NCBI RefSeq assembly: GCF_963921235.1
Contig: NC_086108.1
Span: 89,406,001-89,470,000, forward strand
Direction: 5' to 3'
Origin: Mobula hypostoma
Lineage: Eukaryota
DNA length: 64,000 nt
Shown: positions 11,605-24,727 of the stretch, piece after piece
Position numbering within the stretch: the first letter of the stretch is position 1
Layout of the letters: every line of letters starts with the position of its first letter
The notes under the pieces: generated by a model
Seen by the model: only the letters and a program-made list of their open reading frames with translations
Database searches by the model: none
Told to the model about the DNA's origin: nothing
Position numbers and translations under genes: made by a program

Positions 11605-14600
11605 CAGTGGCGTATCTAAGGTATGGCAGGTATGGCACGTGCCCTGGGTGCCACCGAGCAGTTTCTATTAAAGTCAGACAAGCTATTCTCAGATAGTGAA
11701 AAAAAGAATTTTCTTCAGATGTATGATCCGTCTTTGATTATCATGGGTGAGAAGCACTAGGATGGCCTTATTTTAGAGCATTGTGTAAGAAGACCATGAA
11801 ACGTGTCTTCACAAAGAAGAAGGAAAGTGGAGCTGAAGGACGGAAGAGACGAAAGTTGGAGGTGGAGGAAGCCAAGAAGTCGAGCAAGTTCATCATGCCC
11901 TTCTTTGAGAAGCCCGGAACAAGTAGTTCGACACGTTCCATGGAGTCGCCTGCACCTGCTACAAGTTTATTAGAATCTGAAGGTGGATCAAGTACAAATG
12001 CGTCACAAGCCGAGGAGGAAGTCAAGTCAGATAAATCTGAGTATGACGAGATTAAGAGTGAGGCTGCCACAGAGAACATGGATGACAGGAGGGGAAGACG
12101 ATGGTGGTGTTGGTGGTGATGTTGAGTTTATTGACGAGATTTTACCTGACAAGATTGAACCTGACGACACTGGATGGTGAACTGGATGGTGTCAAAGAGC
12201 CTCGAACTGTCATACCAGAAGTGATTGAACAGCATGACATTGGGCTTCTGAAGTTCGATAAGGATACTGGAAAAGCAATTCTGCCTGACACGTTGAGAAC
12301 AGAAATAATAAAGCTGGGTTTGAAGTATTTCCAGAACAGTGAGGGGCCTTTCCTACCAACAAATAACTGCTCAATGAACAAAACTTGGTTCAAGAGGAAA
12401 TTGGGATATGGTCGTGGTGAGGAAGTGACTCGCTCATAGCTGGTCTATTCCCCTTCTAAAAAGTCTGAATTTTGTATCTGTTATCTTCCATATTCCCGGT
12501 CAGACCATCAATCATCATTGGTGCAGGAAAGTGGATTCAACCAGTGGAAAGCACCTGAAAGGATTAGTGTTCATGAAAATGCCAAGAATCATCGGGAATG
12601 CTTCACACAGTGGAAAGAAATGGAAAGAAATTTAGCTGGAAACAGAGGATTATTGACGTGGTATTTCAGTCACAGATTGAGGAGGAAAAGCAGAAGTGGT
12701 GTGATATCTCGACGAGAATCCTTCACTGCATAAAATTCCTTGCGACTCAGAACCTGGCTTTGTGAGGACACAGGAAGTCACTTCAGCTAGTCGAGGACTC
12801 CAATGTGGGAAATTTCCTTGGCTTACTGAAACCGCTAGCCATCTTTGATCCTGTCATAAAAGAACACCTCACTCATTTGGAAAGTCATCCTGAATCCACA
12901 TCATACCTTTCACCGGGTGTTCAGAAGGAATTCATCCACATGATGGCATCCACTGTTCGCCAGAGTTTACTGAGAAGCATTCGTAAAGCCAAGTAGTATG
13001 GTCTCACGTTCGACTCGACTCCTGATCAGGCACACCGTGAGCGGATGTCAGAAGTAGTGAGGGTATGTGGAAGTTGATTTTGAGAGGAAAACAGTCTGTG
13101 TTAGAGAGTCCTTCTTTGGTTTTATCCAGATAAGCCAGAAGGATGCTGAGAGCTTGGTTGAAGATATCTTGAAACAGTGAGAGAAGGACGAAATGGAGCT
13201 ACAAGATTGTCGGTCACAGTGCTATGACAATGCTGCTGTGATGGCTGGACACAGAAGTGGTGCACATCAAAGAATAAGTGAGCAAAACAACCTGGCAGTG
13301 TTTGTAAATTGCGACAATCCCTCACTCAACTTGGTGGGTGTACATGCAGCCAAGCAGGATACAATGATGGTCATGTTTTTTTGGAACCATCGAAGCTGTC
13401 TACGTGTTTTTCTCTTATTCAACACAGCACTGGGAAAAACTCAAAACTGCCGTGCCTGTGGTTGTTAAGTCGGAGTCTGAAACCAGGTGGAGTGCAAGGA
13501 CAGAAGCAGTGAAGCCCGTCAACAAGTACCTTGAGGAGATACTTCAATTTCTCCAGGACATGATAGACAATAAAAACGAGACCAGTGAAACAAGAAGTGA
13601 CACAAGGCAGCTGCACAACCGTATGTTGAATTACAATTTTCTGATTTTGCTAGGATTTTGGAACAAAGTACTCATTCACATTGACCGTAGTCAAAGAGGG
13701 CTGCAGGATCCTAGCATGAACTTCCATGATGCTGCCCTGGATTTGAAAGCCCTCCGAGATCATTTTTATGATGAAAGAGAAGTGTTGGTCAGTGAGTCAC
13801 CCGAAGAAGGAGTCAGTGTCTGTCAAGAATGGAATATTGAAGTTGAAAGACGTCAGAGACGAAAGAAATGAATGGCTGATGAGAACTCGAGAGTCGCTGG
13901 GTTAACAGCTCAGGAGGAAATGGAAAGAGTCATGAAGGGAACACTCGACTGTCTTCACAGAGGAATGGACGAAAGGTTCGCTCGTTTGCACCACAATGAC
14001 ACCAAGCTTGGGTTCCTTCTCAATGTCCAGGGATTGTGTTACGGCGCCAGCAGTAATGACCTAAAGAAGAAGTGCGAAAATTTGGGCAAATTGTACAGCT
14101 CTGATGTTGATGGACCGCAGCTATGTGAAGAAATTCTGGATTCCAGAATGTTGCTATCAAGGCAGGTCAACATGAAAATAACAAGACCTGAAGAGCTTCT
14201 TGAATTTATTGTTCAGTATGGAGATGAGAGCGTCTTCCCCAATCTTCGCATTGCTATTCAGATAATGCTAACCATCATAGTTTCCATCGCTAGCTGTGAG
14301 AGATAATTTAGCAAGATAAAACTAATACTTTTGTATTTGAGAGCCTCCATGGGTCAAGGCAGACTCTGTGATCTTGCTCTGCTGAGTGTAGAAAGAGAAG
14401 AGACTGAAAAAAACTGACTTTGATCACATCATAGACCAATTTACATCAGTGAAAGAAAGGAAGGTGCAGTTATAATTTTCATGTAGTGCCATAATTTGTT
14501 AATTAAAAGGTTAACGAGGTTGACTTGTATTCTTGAGCTGTTATTATGGTAAAGTTATCTAAAAGATGGGTATCAAATGTTTGGACAGGGGTGCAATTTC

Positions 14601-14641
14601 AGTGCTTGCCATTGGCGCTATTTTCCGTAGATACACCCCTG
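11605..14641 (+). mobile_element. Full-length hAT DNA transposon (copy 1)
   Basis: TIRs CAGTGGCGTATCTA / TAGATACACCCCTG with a perfect 8-bp TSD CAGAAAGG (11597-11604 and 14642-14649). Inserted into a CR1 fragment. Confidence 0.95.
11796..14475 (+). pseudogene. hAT transposase (ZMYM1-like/DUF4371-type), disrupted
   Basis: GFNQWK..HENAKNH, GNFLGLL, SYLSPGVQKEFI, FDSTPD, SQCYDNAAVMAG, ETRWSAR and the FPNLRIAIQI..SIASCER dimerisation motif. Several stops and frameshifts. Confidence 0.9.
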
Positions 14642-14879
14642 CAGAAAGGGTTCTGTTTATTCCCACTCTTTGCCTTCTGCCAGTCAACCAATCTTCTATC
14701 CATGCTAGTATCTTTCCTGAAATACCTTAGGTAGTTGTCTCATGTATAAGGGTAGTTTCCCATGTAGTACAAGTGAAAATGGTGACAACGAAAGTGAAGT
14801 ACAGGTGAACAATAAGGTACAAGGTCATAATGAGGTAGATTGTGAGCGTAAGAAACCATTTATTGTACCAGGCCGCCAT

Positions 14880-15070
14880 TTAATAGTCTTACAACAGTGA
14901 AATAGAAGCCATCCTTGAACCTGGTGGTGCGTGGTTTTCAGGCTCTTGAACTTCTGCCCAATGGAAGGGGGAGAAGAGAGAATGGCTGGAGTGAGTGGGA
15001 TCTTTGATTATGCAGGTTCTTTTACCAAGGAAGCAAGAAGTGTAGACAAAAGTTGGGAAGTTGGTTTCCT
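14880..15070 (-). mobile_element. Decayed Rex-type LINE 3' coding remnant
   Basis: Resembles the reverse complement of the HP.H.LF..LPSGRR region of other Rex copies. Confidence 0.5.
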
Positions 15071-15606
15071 TGGTCTTTTAATTCTCAAGTTCATTAACTA
15101 TTTCTAATAAAGTAATTGGATTCTTGATTAATGTTGTCAGATTTCCTTTTAATTCATCTTATTGAAATACATTGAAACCAGAAACATTTGGTACCCATTC
15201 TGCTTGTTTTCAGAATCACAGTCATTATGTCATATTCACACATGGTTCTCTCTGTCTGCAGCTCCTTCTATGTGGTATTGGCCAACCTTCTTCTATGTGC
15301 CCTCCAAACCTAATTTAATCCATCAATATTCTCCTATTTCTAACATCCTCTTTTCTCTGATGTTGTCCCACTGGCCCAAGCCCCTGTGCACACTTTCTCT
15401 TCTCTTATAGCACAGTTCCATAATTCAATTTGGAAATGATTGATCTTTGAAGAATGAAGGGTCAAAACTATTACTGAAGCCCAAATGATACTAATATAAG
15501 CTTGATCTGGTAGTGTTCAAAATAACTCAGAGAGCTCCTTCAAAAGGTTTTTGGCTCAACGGTTTCTGAATTTCACTGTTTTTGTTAATTATTCATCTTG
15601 TTAATA

Positions 15607-15920
15607 GGGGCAGTATGGTAGTGTACTGGTCAGAATAACACTATTACAGCACCAGCAGTAAGATAGGGTTCAATTCCTGTAAGGAGCTTGTGCTTTGTCC
15701 CCGCGACCATGTGGGTTTCCTCTGATACTCTGGTTTCTTCCCACATTTCAAAGCCATATGGTTAGGATTAGTGAGCCGTAGTCATGCTGTGTTGGCACTA
15801 GAGGTATGGCAACGCTTGATGGATGCCCAACAGAATACTCACTGATTTGATTTGACACAAACTACGCTTTTCACTGTATGTTTCAATATAAGTGTAACAA
15901 ATAAAGCAATCTAATCTAAC
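15607..15920 (+). mobile_element. tRNA-derived V-domain SINE
   Basis: tRNA-like head with GGGTTCAATTCC B-box, followed by the V-domain-like TGTGGGTTTCCTCTG..CTCTGGTTTCTTCCCACA. Confidence 0.7.
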
Positions 15921-16033
15921 CTTGGAGTAGCTCTTGAGTAAATTAGTCCCTTGATTTATGGTCTCTGAAGAAACATTAGTTTATTATACTGACATAGAGC
16001 ATTGTATTTTAGCAGTGGTTATATTCCTAGACT

Positions 16034-16345
16034 AGGGCAGTACAGTGGGACTAACAGAGCCACCATCTCAAATCTCCAGTGGTCCACGTTCAATCCAGAC
16101 CTGGGGCACTCTCAGTGTGGAGTCTGCACATTTTCTTTGTGAACTGAAAGACTAGGAGACTGATAGGTTAGTTCACTGCTGCAAGTTCTCCAGTGTAGCT
16201 GAGTGTAGTAGTGGCAGGATCTGGAAGGGTTGATGGAAATGTGGGAAGAATAAAACTGGATGAGTGTAAATTGGTGTCTGGTGATTAGTACAGACTTGAT
16301 GAGCTGGATGGCCTGTTTCTGTGCTGTATGACCTTTTGACTCTAT
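16034..16345 (+). mobile_element. Decayed HE1-like SINE with CR1-type tail
   Basis: GTTCAATCC B-box, GTGTGGAGTCTGCACATT and tail GGATGGCCTGTTTCTGTGCTGTATGAC. Confidence 0.55.
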
Positions 16346-16543
16346 AACTTGTAACTCAGAAATGTGGACTAAAGTCTTAGAGTTATTTGTTCAAGTCCCG
16401 CTCCACAGGTGGGGAAATTAACTGTATTCATTAGAATGAACCTAGATTATAAAGAAGCGTCCACACAATGTAATGCAACACTTCAGGTTCACTGATGAAA
16501 TCTGCTGTCTATATTTGTCTGTAACAGCCGACCCACAGCTATG

Positions 16544-17043
16544 CACTCAGTCACCACCTTATTAGGTGTATCTGTACATCTGCTCATTAATGCAAATATC
16601 TAGTCAGCAACTCAACACATAAAAGCATGCAGACATGGTCAAAAAGCTCAGAGGAAACATCAGAATGAGGAAGAAATGTGATCTAAATTACCTAGACATA
16701 GAATGATTGTTGCTGCCAGATGGGGTGGTTTGAGTATCTCAGAAACTGCTTATCTCCTGGGATTTTATTTACACACAACAGTTTCTAGATTTTAGAGACA
16801 ACCAAGTGAAAAACAAACAGCAGCTCTGTGGGGAAAAGATAATGAGAGAGGCCAGAGAAGAACGACCAGACTGGTTCATGCTGACAGGAAGGCGACAGTA
16901 ACTCAAATAACAACGCATTACAATAGTGGCATGCAGAAAAGCGTCTGAATGCACAGCTCATTGAACCTTGAAGTGGATGAGCTATGGCAGCAGAAGGCCA
17001 CACTGGGTTCCACTCTTGTGCCTAATAAAGTAGCCACTAAGGG
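16544..17043. mobile_element. Tc1-family non-autonomous element
   Basis: Imperfect TIRs CACTCAGTCACCACCTTATTAGG / CCTAATAAAGTAGCCACTAAGGG followed by TA. Internal sequence resembles a decayed Tc1 transposase N-terminus. Confidence 0.75.
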
Positions 17044-18164
17044 TAATGTTGATTCTTGACATCCTCTGATAGATGATCTGCTCAGTTCAGTAGCAATTAA
17101 AGAAGGACAATCAATGTTTGTTTTGTAAGATATAACCAGATCACATGAGTGAGTTTTAAAATAATGGAATGTCATTTGCTTGCTTTCCCTTGAGTGACAA
17201 CCCTTATAGAAAACATTTGTTAAACTAGAGAAAACATAGTTCATTCTTTAAACTATGTATGATTTATCTGAAAGGGGAACCTAGAAGGTAAATTCTCTCT
17301 AGAAATGGTTAGGACCTTCAGGCAAAAGGGCACAGTTTAATATATAAAATCATGTGGCAGATTTATTAGACACAGTGAGGCTTGAAATGACAGAGTTACC
17401 ATGCTGGAGGTGCAAGTAGAGAGTGCAAGTGAGCTTTAGAATTTATTGCACTGCTGCTCCAATTGCATTCAGTCAGAAAGCTTGACTAAATATAATGTCA
17501 GTTGCTACTGCCCTTGCTTTGCCCAGCCATCCATCCTGTTCTCTGTGGTGCCAGAGACAATCAAAACCAGCACACACAAAATTGGTAACAAACTGTAAAT
17601 TTATATACTTGCATGTTCAATGTGCCATTGCAGTTCAAGAACTCTACATTTTAAAAAATCCCTTGCAATGGTAAATATTAATGCTTTATTATGTTGAAAT
17701 TATTATTCACAGGTCCATGCTCAAATACCAACAAAACTGGATTGCATTTAGTATAACGATGTGATTTCTGCTAAACTCTAAAATGGTTAATGTAGCATGT
17801 TTCTTCTGCCTGCTAATACAATGCTCTAAACTTGTTTTTAGGACCATTATCTTTTCCCTTCTCTCTCTGTGTTATGCAACTGCTCTGTAGAAAATTGCCT
17901 CTATGCTCCTGATTCATCTAAAGGATATTGGGTATCAAGAAACTATTTTAAAGAACTAAATTGGAAAAAAATCAGTCAGAAGATAAATAATTGAATCATA
18001 AATTTGAATAAATGACCATGTTTGTGAAATAAGTAAGTTAATATTGTTCAGGATGCATATTGACTAACTCGGAGGATTTAAATTTAGGATTTAGTTTGTT
18101 TCATCTTAGATGTTGAACTTGCTTTTAACTAACTAAATTATTTCTCTCTAATGAAATTTATTAA

Positions 18165-18479
18165 AGTAAAGGCATCCATTAGTCTTGCGAGACCATGGAT
18201 CTGCGCCTGGAAAGTCTTCACTCTCTAGGGTGCAGGCCTGGGCAAGGTTGTATGGAAGACCAGCAGTGCTCATGCTGCAAGTCTCCGCCCTCCACGACAC
18301 CAATGTTGTCCAAGGGAAGGGCATTAGGACCTATATAGCTTGGCACCAGTGTCGTTGCAGAGCAATGTGTGATTAAGTGCCTTGTTCAAGGACACAACAC
18401 GTTCCCTCGGCTGGGGCTCGAACTCACGACCTTCAGGTCGCTAGTCCAATGCCTTAACCACTTGGCCACGTACCCACAC
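18165..18479 (-). mobile_element. tRNA-head CORE-type SINE
   Basis: Minus-strand A-box GTGGCCAAGTGG, B-box GTTCGAGCC and CORE-like CCTTGAACAAGGCACTTAA. 15-bp TSD AATGAAATTTATTAA (18150-18164 and 18480-18494). Confidence 0.85.
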
Positions 18480-19513
18480 AATGAAATTTATTAATAATTG
18501 TAAAATTGTAAATTGATTAATTTTGCTTTTTAAATAAAGATTACATAAATTTTCATCATAAGTTTGAATTAGGCTATGGTAGTCCAGTGAACAAACTTTA
18601 TCAATTGTTAATTTGCACTTGCCCACTTAATTGTTAAATGAGTGGTTCTTTAACCAATCTGACTGAAGGATTGCAAAACAAATAATGTAAATGTCATTTA
18701 AGTTAAAATGGTGAAGTCAAAATCAAATGTAAGCTTAAAAAATACAAAACAATATTCTTATAAAGGCAAGCACATAAGTATTTAGAGAAATTCGATGGGT
18801 CAGGGAGCATCTCAAGAGGTAAATGGACAACTTAAGAGTCTTTTCCCTCCATAGATGCTGTTTGACCTGCTGAACTCTTTTGTGTATTGCTCCAGATTTT
18901 CAGCATCTGCATTCTTTAGTATCTCCATTCTGATAAAGAACCTCCTCACCAACCCTCTGGAACCTCTTCTATACATTGTAAATACATAGAGAAAAAAAGA
19001 ACAGCTAGTGAGGCGGCAGCTATGGACTGAAATAGACTGTCAGTGTTTTGGTCAAGATGTTTCATCTGGACATATATACTTATACGGTGGAGCATATCAT
19101 CAAACAATTCTGTCCCCTCACCCAATCTCGCCAAGGCACGTAGCCCTACTTTTGCACAGCCATAACCTACAGCAAAGCTTGAAAATTGATATATGTTGGC
19201 CCCACAGTCAACAAATGGCTGGAGAAGCAGTGTGACTCAGCAGTGCCCTCAATATGGAAACAGGCAACACATTGGCCACAATGTGTTGCACCTGAAGATG
19301 TCCCCTATGTCACAGCTGAACCTGCAGTGTAAAACATCCTGCATGCATTGCAAATGAACAATCAGTGCAATCTGAAGCAGATCTGAGCAAAGAAACACCA
19401 AAGCTAATAGTCTCAATAAGCAGAAAACCCCTGAGATTCAAATATAGATTGGACAATATATAACCTGGGATGTCCAGTCACTGGAGATGTTATCAGTTGA
19501 TTATTTGGAATCT

Positions 19514-19530
19514 TTTGCCACCTGGTGGAA
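19514..19530 (-). promoter_or_regulatory. Candidate CTCF-binding site
   Basis: The minus strand reads CCACCAGGTGGCA, matching the CTCF core CCASYAGRKGGCR, in non-repetitive DNA. Confidence 0.45.
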
Positions 19531-19811
19531 AGGTTCTGCTATCACATGCAGAGTTCAACATGTGCATTTTTTTTTAACTTTAGTTAAATCACACATTTAA
19601 TCATGAATCTAATGAATAAAAATGGTCAAAAATTGTTTCTTATGCACTTACGTTTTTCTGCAATGTACAATATGACTCCAGAATAAAATAGTAAAATCAG
19701 TTCAAGAAAAGTAATTGTGAAATTTTCTATTGAAAGTGTTCTGCGTCAATTTGAGTGCAGGGTCACTTTTATTTTTGATGAATTATATGTAAATATGTAA
19801 GTATATATACT

Positions 19812-21006
19812 TACATCCTATACATTCAAAAAGATAACAATTATACCAGAGCCTAAGAAGAATAATGTGAGTTGCCTTAATGATTATCGCTCGGTAGCAC
19901 TCTCATCTACAGTAATGCAATGCTTTGAGAGGTTGGTCATGACTGGACTGAACTCCTGCCTCAGCAAGGACCTGGACCCACTGCAATTTGCTTATCGCCA
20001 CAATAGGTCAATGGCAGATGCAATCTCAATGGCTCGTCACACGGCCTTAGACCACCTGGATAATATGTCAGGATGCTGTTCATCGACTATAGCTCAGCAT
20101 TTAACACTGTCATTCCCACAATCCTGATTGAGAAGTTACAGAACCAGGGCCTCTGTACCTCCCTCTGCAATGGGATCCTTGACTTCCTAACCAGATTGGT
20201 GATAATATCTCCTGCTTGCTGACGATCAACACTGGCGCATCTCAGGGGTGTGCTTAGCCCACTGCTCTACTTCCTCTACACCCATGACTGTGTGGTTAGG
20301 CATAGCTCAAATACCATCTATAAATTTGCTGATGATACAACCATTGTTGGTAGAATCTCAGGTGGTGATGAGTGGGCATACAGGAGTGAGATATGCCAAC
20401 TAGTGGAGTGGTCTATACTTCATTAGGAGGTTGAAGAGATTTGGTATGTCAACAGATACATTCAAAAACTTCTATAGATGTAGCGTGGAGAGCATTCTGA
20501 CAGGCTGCATCATCGTCTGGTATGGGGGGGCGCGGTGGAGCGTTCTACTGCACAGGACTGAAAGAAACTGCAGAGGGCTGTAAATTTAGTCGGCTCCATC
20601 TTGAGTACTGGCCTATAAAGTACCCAGTTCATCTTCAAGGAGCGGTGTCTGAGAAAGGCAGCATACATTGTGAAGGACCTCCAGCACCCAGGCCATACCC
20701 TTTTCTCATTATTACCATCAGGTGGGAGGTACAGAAGCCTGAAGGCACACACTCAGCGAACAGCTTCTTTCCCTCTGCCATCCAATTCCTAAATGGACAT
20801 TGAACCTGTGAACACTACCTCACTTTTTAAAATATATATTATTTCTGCTTTTTGCATGATTTTTAATCTATTCAATATACGTATAATGTAATTGATTTAT
20901 TTATTTATTTTCTTCTTCTTCTATATTATGTATTGCATTGAACTGCTGCTGCTAAGTTAACAAATTTTACAACACATGTCCGTGACAATAAACCTGATTC
21001 TGATTC
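19812..21006 (+). mobile_element. Rex1/Babar LINE 3' portion with internal deletions
   Basis: CLNDYRSVALSSTVMQCFERLV..DPLQFAY and KFADDTTIVG motifs with a (TGATTC)n tail. Near-identical family to 43325-44733 but missing ~230 bp at ~20410. Confidence 0.9.
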
Positions 21007-21439
21007 AGATGTCAGAATTTTGATTCAGTATCAAAATTTGCTTTTGATATAAAAGTAGCTGTTTGGGATATATCTGTAAAATGATTCCGTATGGGTGAAG
21101 GTAGATCAACAGACTTTGCATTAACAATGCAATACAATGTAATGACATAGATCTTCTTCTGGCTGTCAAAACCTAAAGCAGTTTAAATGATTTTTCTAAC
21201 AGTGCAAATGCAGATTTCAATGCATAAGATGCATTTGGGTTTGATACTGAGTTATTAACTACAAGACCAAAGAGGTAACAATATGATTGAACAAAATATT
21301 TATGTCTGCTCTAAGATTGCCATGTGGAATATAGATACAGAAAGAACATACATCCGTGGAGTTAAACAGGACAGAACCAGGCATTTCAACCCAGCTTGTT
21401 CATGCTAACCAAGGTGCCTGTCATTAAAATCATATAGAG

Positions 21440-21520
21440 CAGGAGTTCCTAGCCTGAAGTCTACAGAATCTATGCTTAATGGTAAGGGCTCCACGGCAGA
21501 AACAAGGTTGGTAACCCCTG
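21440..21520. mobile_element. 81-bp hAT/Charlie-type MITE
   Basis: TIRs CAGGAGTTCCTAGCCT / AGGTTGGTAACCCCTG, with an 8-bp TSD ATATAGAG / TTATAGAG (7 of 8 match). Confidence 0.7.
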
Positions 21521-22197
21521 TTATAGAGAGTACAGTTCAGACTCAGTTGGATTTTTCTTTTGATCAGGAGAATGTACGTTGACATGTACAGTTTTGTAGA
21601 GTTATGCACAAGATTTCAATGATGGCAGGTTTGATGGTGAGAAGTCATTCACTTGCAGCGAGTAGATCAATAACCCAAAGTCATAGGTTTACAATCATGG
21701 GGAAAGGAGCTGACATGACTTTGCTTTCATTCAAAGAGTTGTTGGGATCTGAAAAAACTAGTTCCATGAAGAAGCTTAGAAGTTCATTTGAAAGACCCTG
21801 CTGAAAGAACTTAAGGACACCGGCAGGAAAAATGAAGGAGCTGCACATTGTGCAGCTGCCTGAGTCAAGGGAGGCATACACTCCAATAGTGAGTGACTAT
21901 CTTGGTTGCTTTTCTTGTGATTGCAAGACCCTTTTGGGCAGTGTTAATGTGATATGCTGCAAGTTTGATTCAATGATCTATTGGCAGAGAGCAGCGGTGG
22001 ATGTTGAGGGAGCAGCATGGCCGTTTACAGCCGCCAGGAGAGAGGCAGTCTGGGATGCTGTGGCGCTGTACCCAGGCTGAAGTCGGTGCCGCCCCATCCC
22101 AGTGTTCGCTTGGCAGAAGATAAGTGAAGCTCTGATGAGGTCGACTGCAGATTTCTGTGGACACAGAGCCTCAAGATGTGGTGGACAGTTTGGATGA

Positions 22198-22236
22198 CCT
22201 CACCTGGTCCCACAAAACAAACAAATAAGTTAGGGC
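22198..22236 (-). promoter_or_regulatory. Strong 3' splice site candidate overlapping a 5' splice motif
   Basis: Minus strand GCCCTAAC (branch point)-TTATTTGTTTGTTTTGTGGGACCAG|GTGAGG. The first exonic base would be 22203. Confidence 0.45.
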
Positions 22237-22599
22237 AATTAACTTAAGTTAGGTTCCCTCCCTCTCGTTCTAAAATAAAATTTACGGGAGCATGTCTTAT
22301 GGCCATCATGGTTGAATGAAGATTCATCATGAATTTGTTAATCTTGCACAATGTGCCTCCCTTTTAAGGCCAAGATTCTTTATGATTTTTCAGTCATTTT
22401 CTCAATCTGCTATTTTCAATACGCTAGGCACTTATATACCCAGGTCTCCATGTTCTTGTAGTCATTTTAGAATTACGTTTTCTATTTCTTATTGACTTTT
22501 CTCATCCAATGTAGCAAGACATCATCTATCAATGTTGTAGAACTTGCTCAGTTTCTTACTCATCCAGAGTCTCAATGACAAGTTCCTTTATGAAAATTA

Positions 22600-22785
22600 G
22601 AGTTGGTAGCAGCTCCTCGAATATGAGGAGGAATATCTTTAGCCAGAGGTCAATGAATCTGTGGAATTCTCTGCCATAGATAACTGTGGAGGCCACGTCA
22701 TTGGGTATACTTAAAGCAGAGATTGACTGGTTCTTGATTAGTAAAGGTACCAAAGGCTATGGGATGATAAATTAGCCATGATCCC
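22600..22785 (+). mobile_element. CR1 3' fragment
   Basis: MRRNIFSQRSMNLWNSLP-like coding and the start of the CR1 3' UTR. Confidence 0.7.
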
Positions 22786-22921
22786 AAGTCTCATGTACAT
22801 ATCCATGCCCAGAATTCATCTGCCTTACCTGTCATACATTTGCATTAAAATAAATACAGTTGATCCTATCAAACCTTCCTCACTGCCTGTCTTTTTTCTG
22901 TTTGTCAACTTATTGAACTTG

Positions 22922-24727
22922 CATAGAAACATAGAAAATCTACTGCACAGTACAGGCTCTTCGGCCCACAATGCTGTGCCGAACATGTACCTACTTTAGA
23001 AATTACCTAGGGTTACCCATAGCCCTCTATTTTTCCAAGCCCCATGTACCAATCCAGAAGTTTCTTAAAAGACCCCATCATATCCGTCTCCACCACCATC
23101 ACTGGCAGCCCATTTCATGCACTCACCACTCTCTGCATAAAAGTACTTACCCCTAACATCTCCTCTGTACCTACTTCCAAGCACCTTAAAACTGTGCCCT
23201 CTCGTGTTAGCCATTTCAGCCCTGGGAAAAAGCCTCTGACTATCCACATGATCAATGCCTCTCATCATCTTATACACCTCTATCAGGTCACCTCTCATCC
23301 TCCATTGCTCCAAGGAGAAAAGGCCAATTTACATATAAAACTCCTCTGCACCCTTTCTACAGTTTCCACATCCTTCCTGTAGTCAGATGACCAGAACTGA
23401 GCACAGTACTCCAAGTGTTGTCTGACCAGGGTCCTATATAGCTGTAACATTACCTCTTGGCTCTTGAACTCAGTCCCACAGTTGATGAAGGCCAATACAC
23501 CGTATGCCTTCTTAACTGCGGAGTCAACCTGTGCAGCAGCTTTGAGTGTCCTATGGACTCGGACACTGAGGTCACTCTGATCCTCCACACTGCCAAGAGT
23601 CTAACCATTAATACTATATTCTGCCATCATATTTGACCCACCAAAATGAACCACCTCACACTTGTCTGGGTTGAACTCCATCTGCCACTTCTCAGCCCAG
23701 TTTTGCATTCTATCAATGTCCCACTGTAACCTCTGACAGCCCTCCACACTATCCACAACATCCCCAACATTTGTGTCATCAGTAAATTTACTAACCCCTC
23801 CCTCTACTTCCTTATCCAGATCATTTATAAAAACCACGAAGAAAAGGGGTCCCAGAATAGATCCCTGAGACACATCACTGGTTACCGACCTCCATGAAAA
23901 ATATGAACCATCTATAACCATTCTTTGCCTTCTGTGAGCTTTCTCTATATGTGAGCCAACAGCTCCTTCTTCCATCTCTTCAGTTTGGTTCCCACCCCTC
24001 AGCAATTTTAATTTAAACTCTCCCCAATAGCCTTAGTAAACCTCCCCACTAGGATATTGGTCCCCTTCAGATTCAAGTGCAACCCGTCCTTTTTGTACAG
24101 GTCACACCTCTCCCAAAAGAGGTCCCAATGACTCAGAAATCTGAATCCCTGCCCACTGCTCCAGTCCCTCCGTCACGCATTTATCCTCCACCTCATTCTT
24201 CCTATACTCACTGTTGCGTGGCACAGGCAATAATCTTGAGATTGCTACCTTTGAGGTCCTGCTTCTCAACTTCCTTCCTAACTCCCTGTAGTCTGTTTTC
24301 AGGACCTCCTCCCTTTTCCTACCTACGCCGTTGGTACCAATATGTACCACGACCTCTGGCTGTTCACCTTCCTACTCCAGGGTATCGTGGACGCAATCAG
24401 AAACATCCCAGACCCTGACACCTGGGAGGCAAACTACCATCCGCATTTTTTTCCTGCGTCCACTGAATCGCCTTTCTGACCGCCTAACTATAGAGTCCCC
24501 TATTACTGCTGCCTTCTTCCTTTCCCTACCCTTCTGAGCCACAGGGCCAGACTCTGTGCCAGAGGCACGGCCACTGTCGCTTCGCCCAGGTAGGCCGTCC
24601 CCCCAAATGCACTCAAACAGGAGTACTTATTGTTAAGGGGGACAGCCACTGGGGTACTCTCTAGTATCTGACTCCTGCCCTTCCCTCTCCTGACTGCTAC
24701 CCACTTATCTGTCTCCCGCGGCCCCAT
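22922..24727 (-). mobile_element. CR1 LINE with large internal deletion (ORF1 esterase joined to RT 3' half)
   Basis: (CATAGAAA)2 tail at 22922; RT motifs QGSILGPLFF, KFTDDT and LEYCAQFWS; ORF1 VHIGTNGVGRKREEVLK at 24102-24350. Confidence 0.88.

Noticed and set aside
11796..14475. Host ZMYM1-like gene
   Set aside because: Bounded by TIRs and a TSD, intronless, disrupted and duplicated at 50438-52695, so it is a transposase.
21802..21804. In-frame TGA after Cys as possible selenocysteine
   Set aside because: No recognisable selenoprotein motif or SECIS, and no exon structure supports the plus frame.
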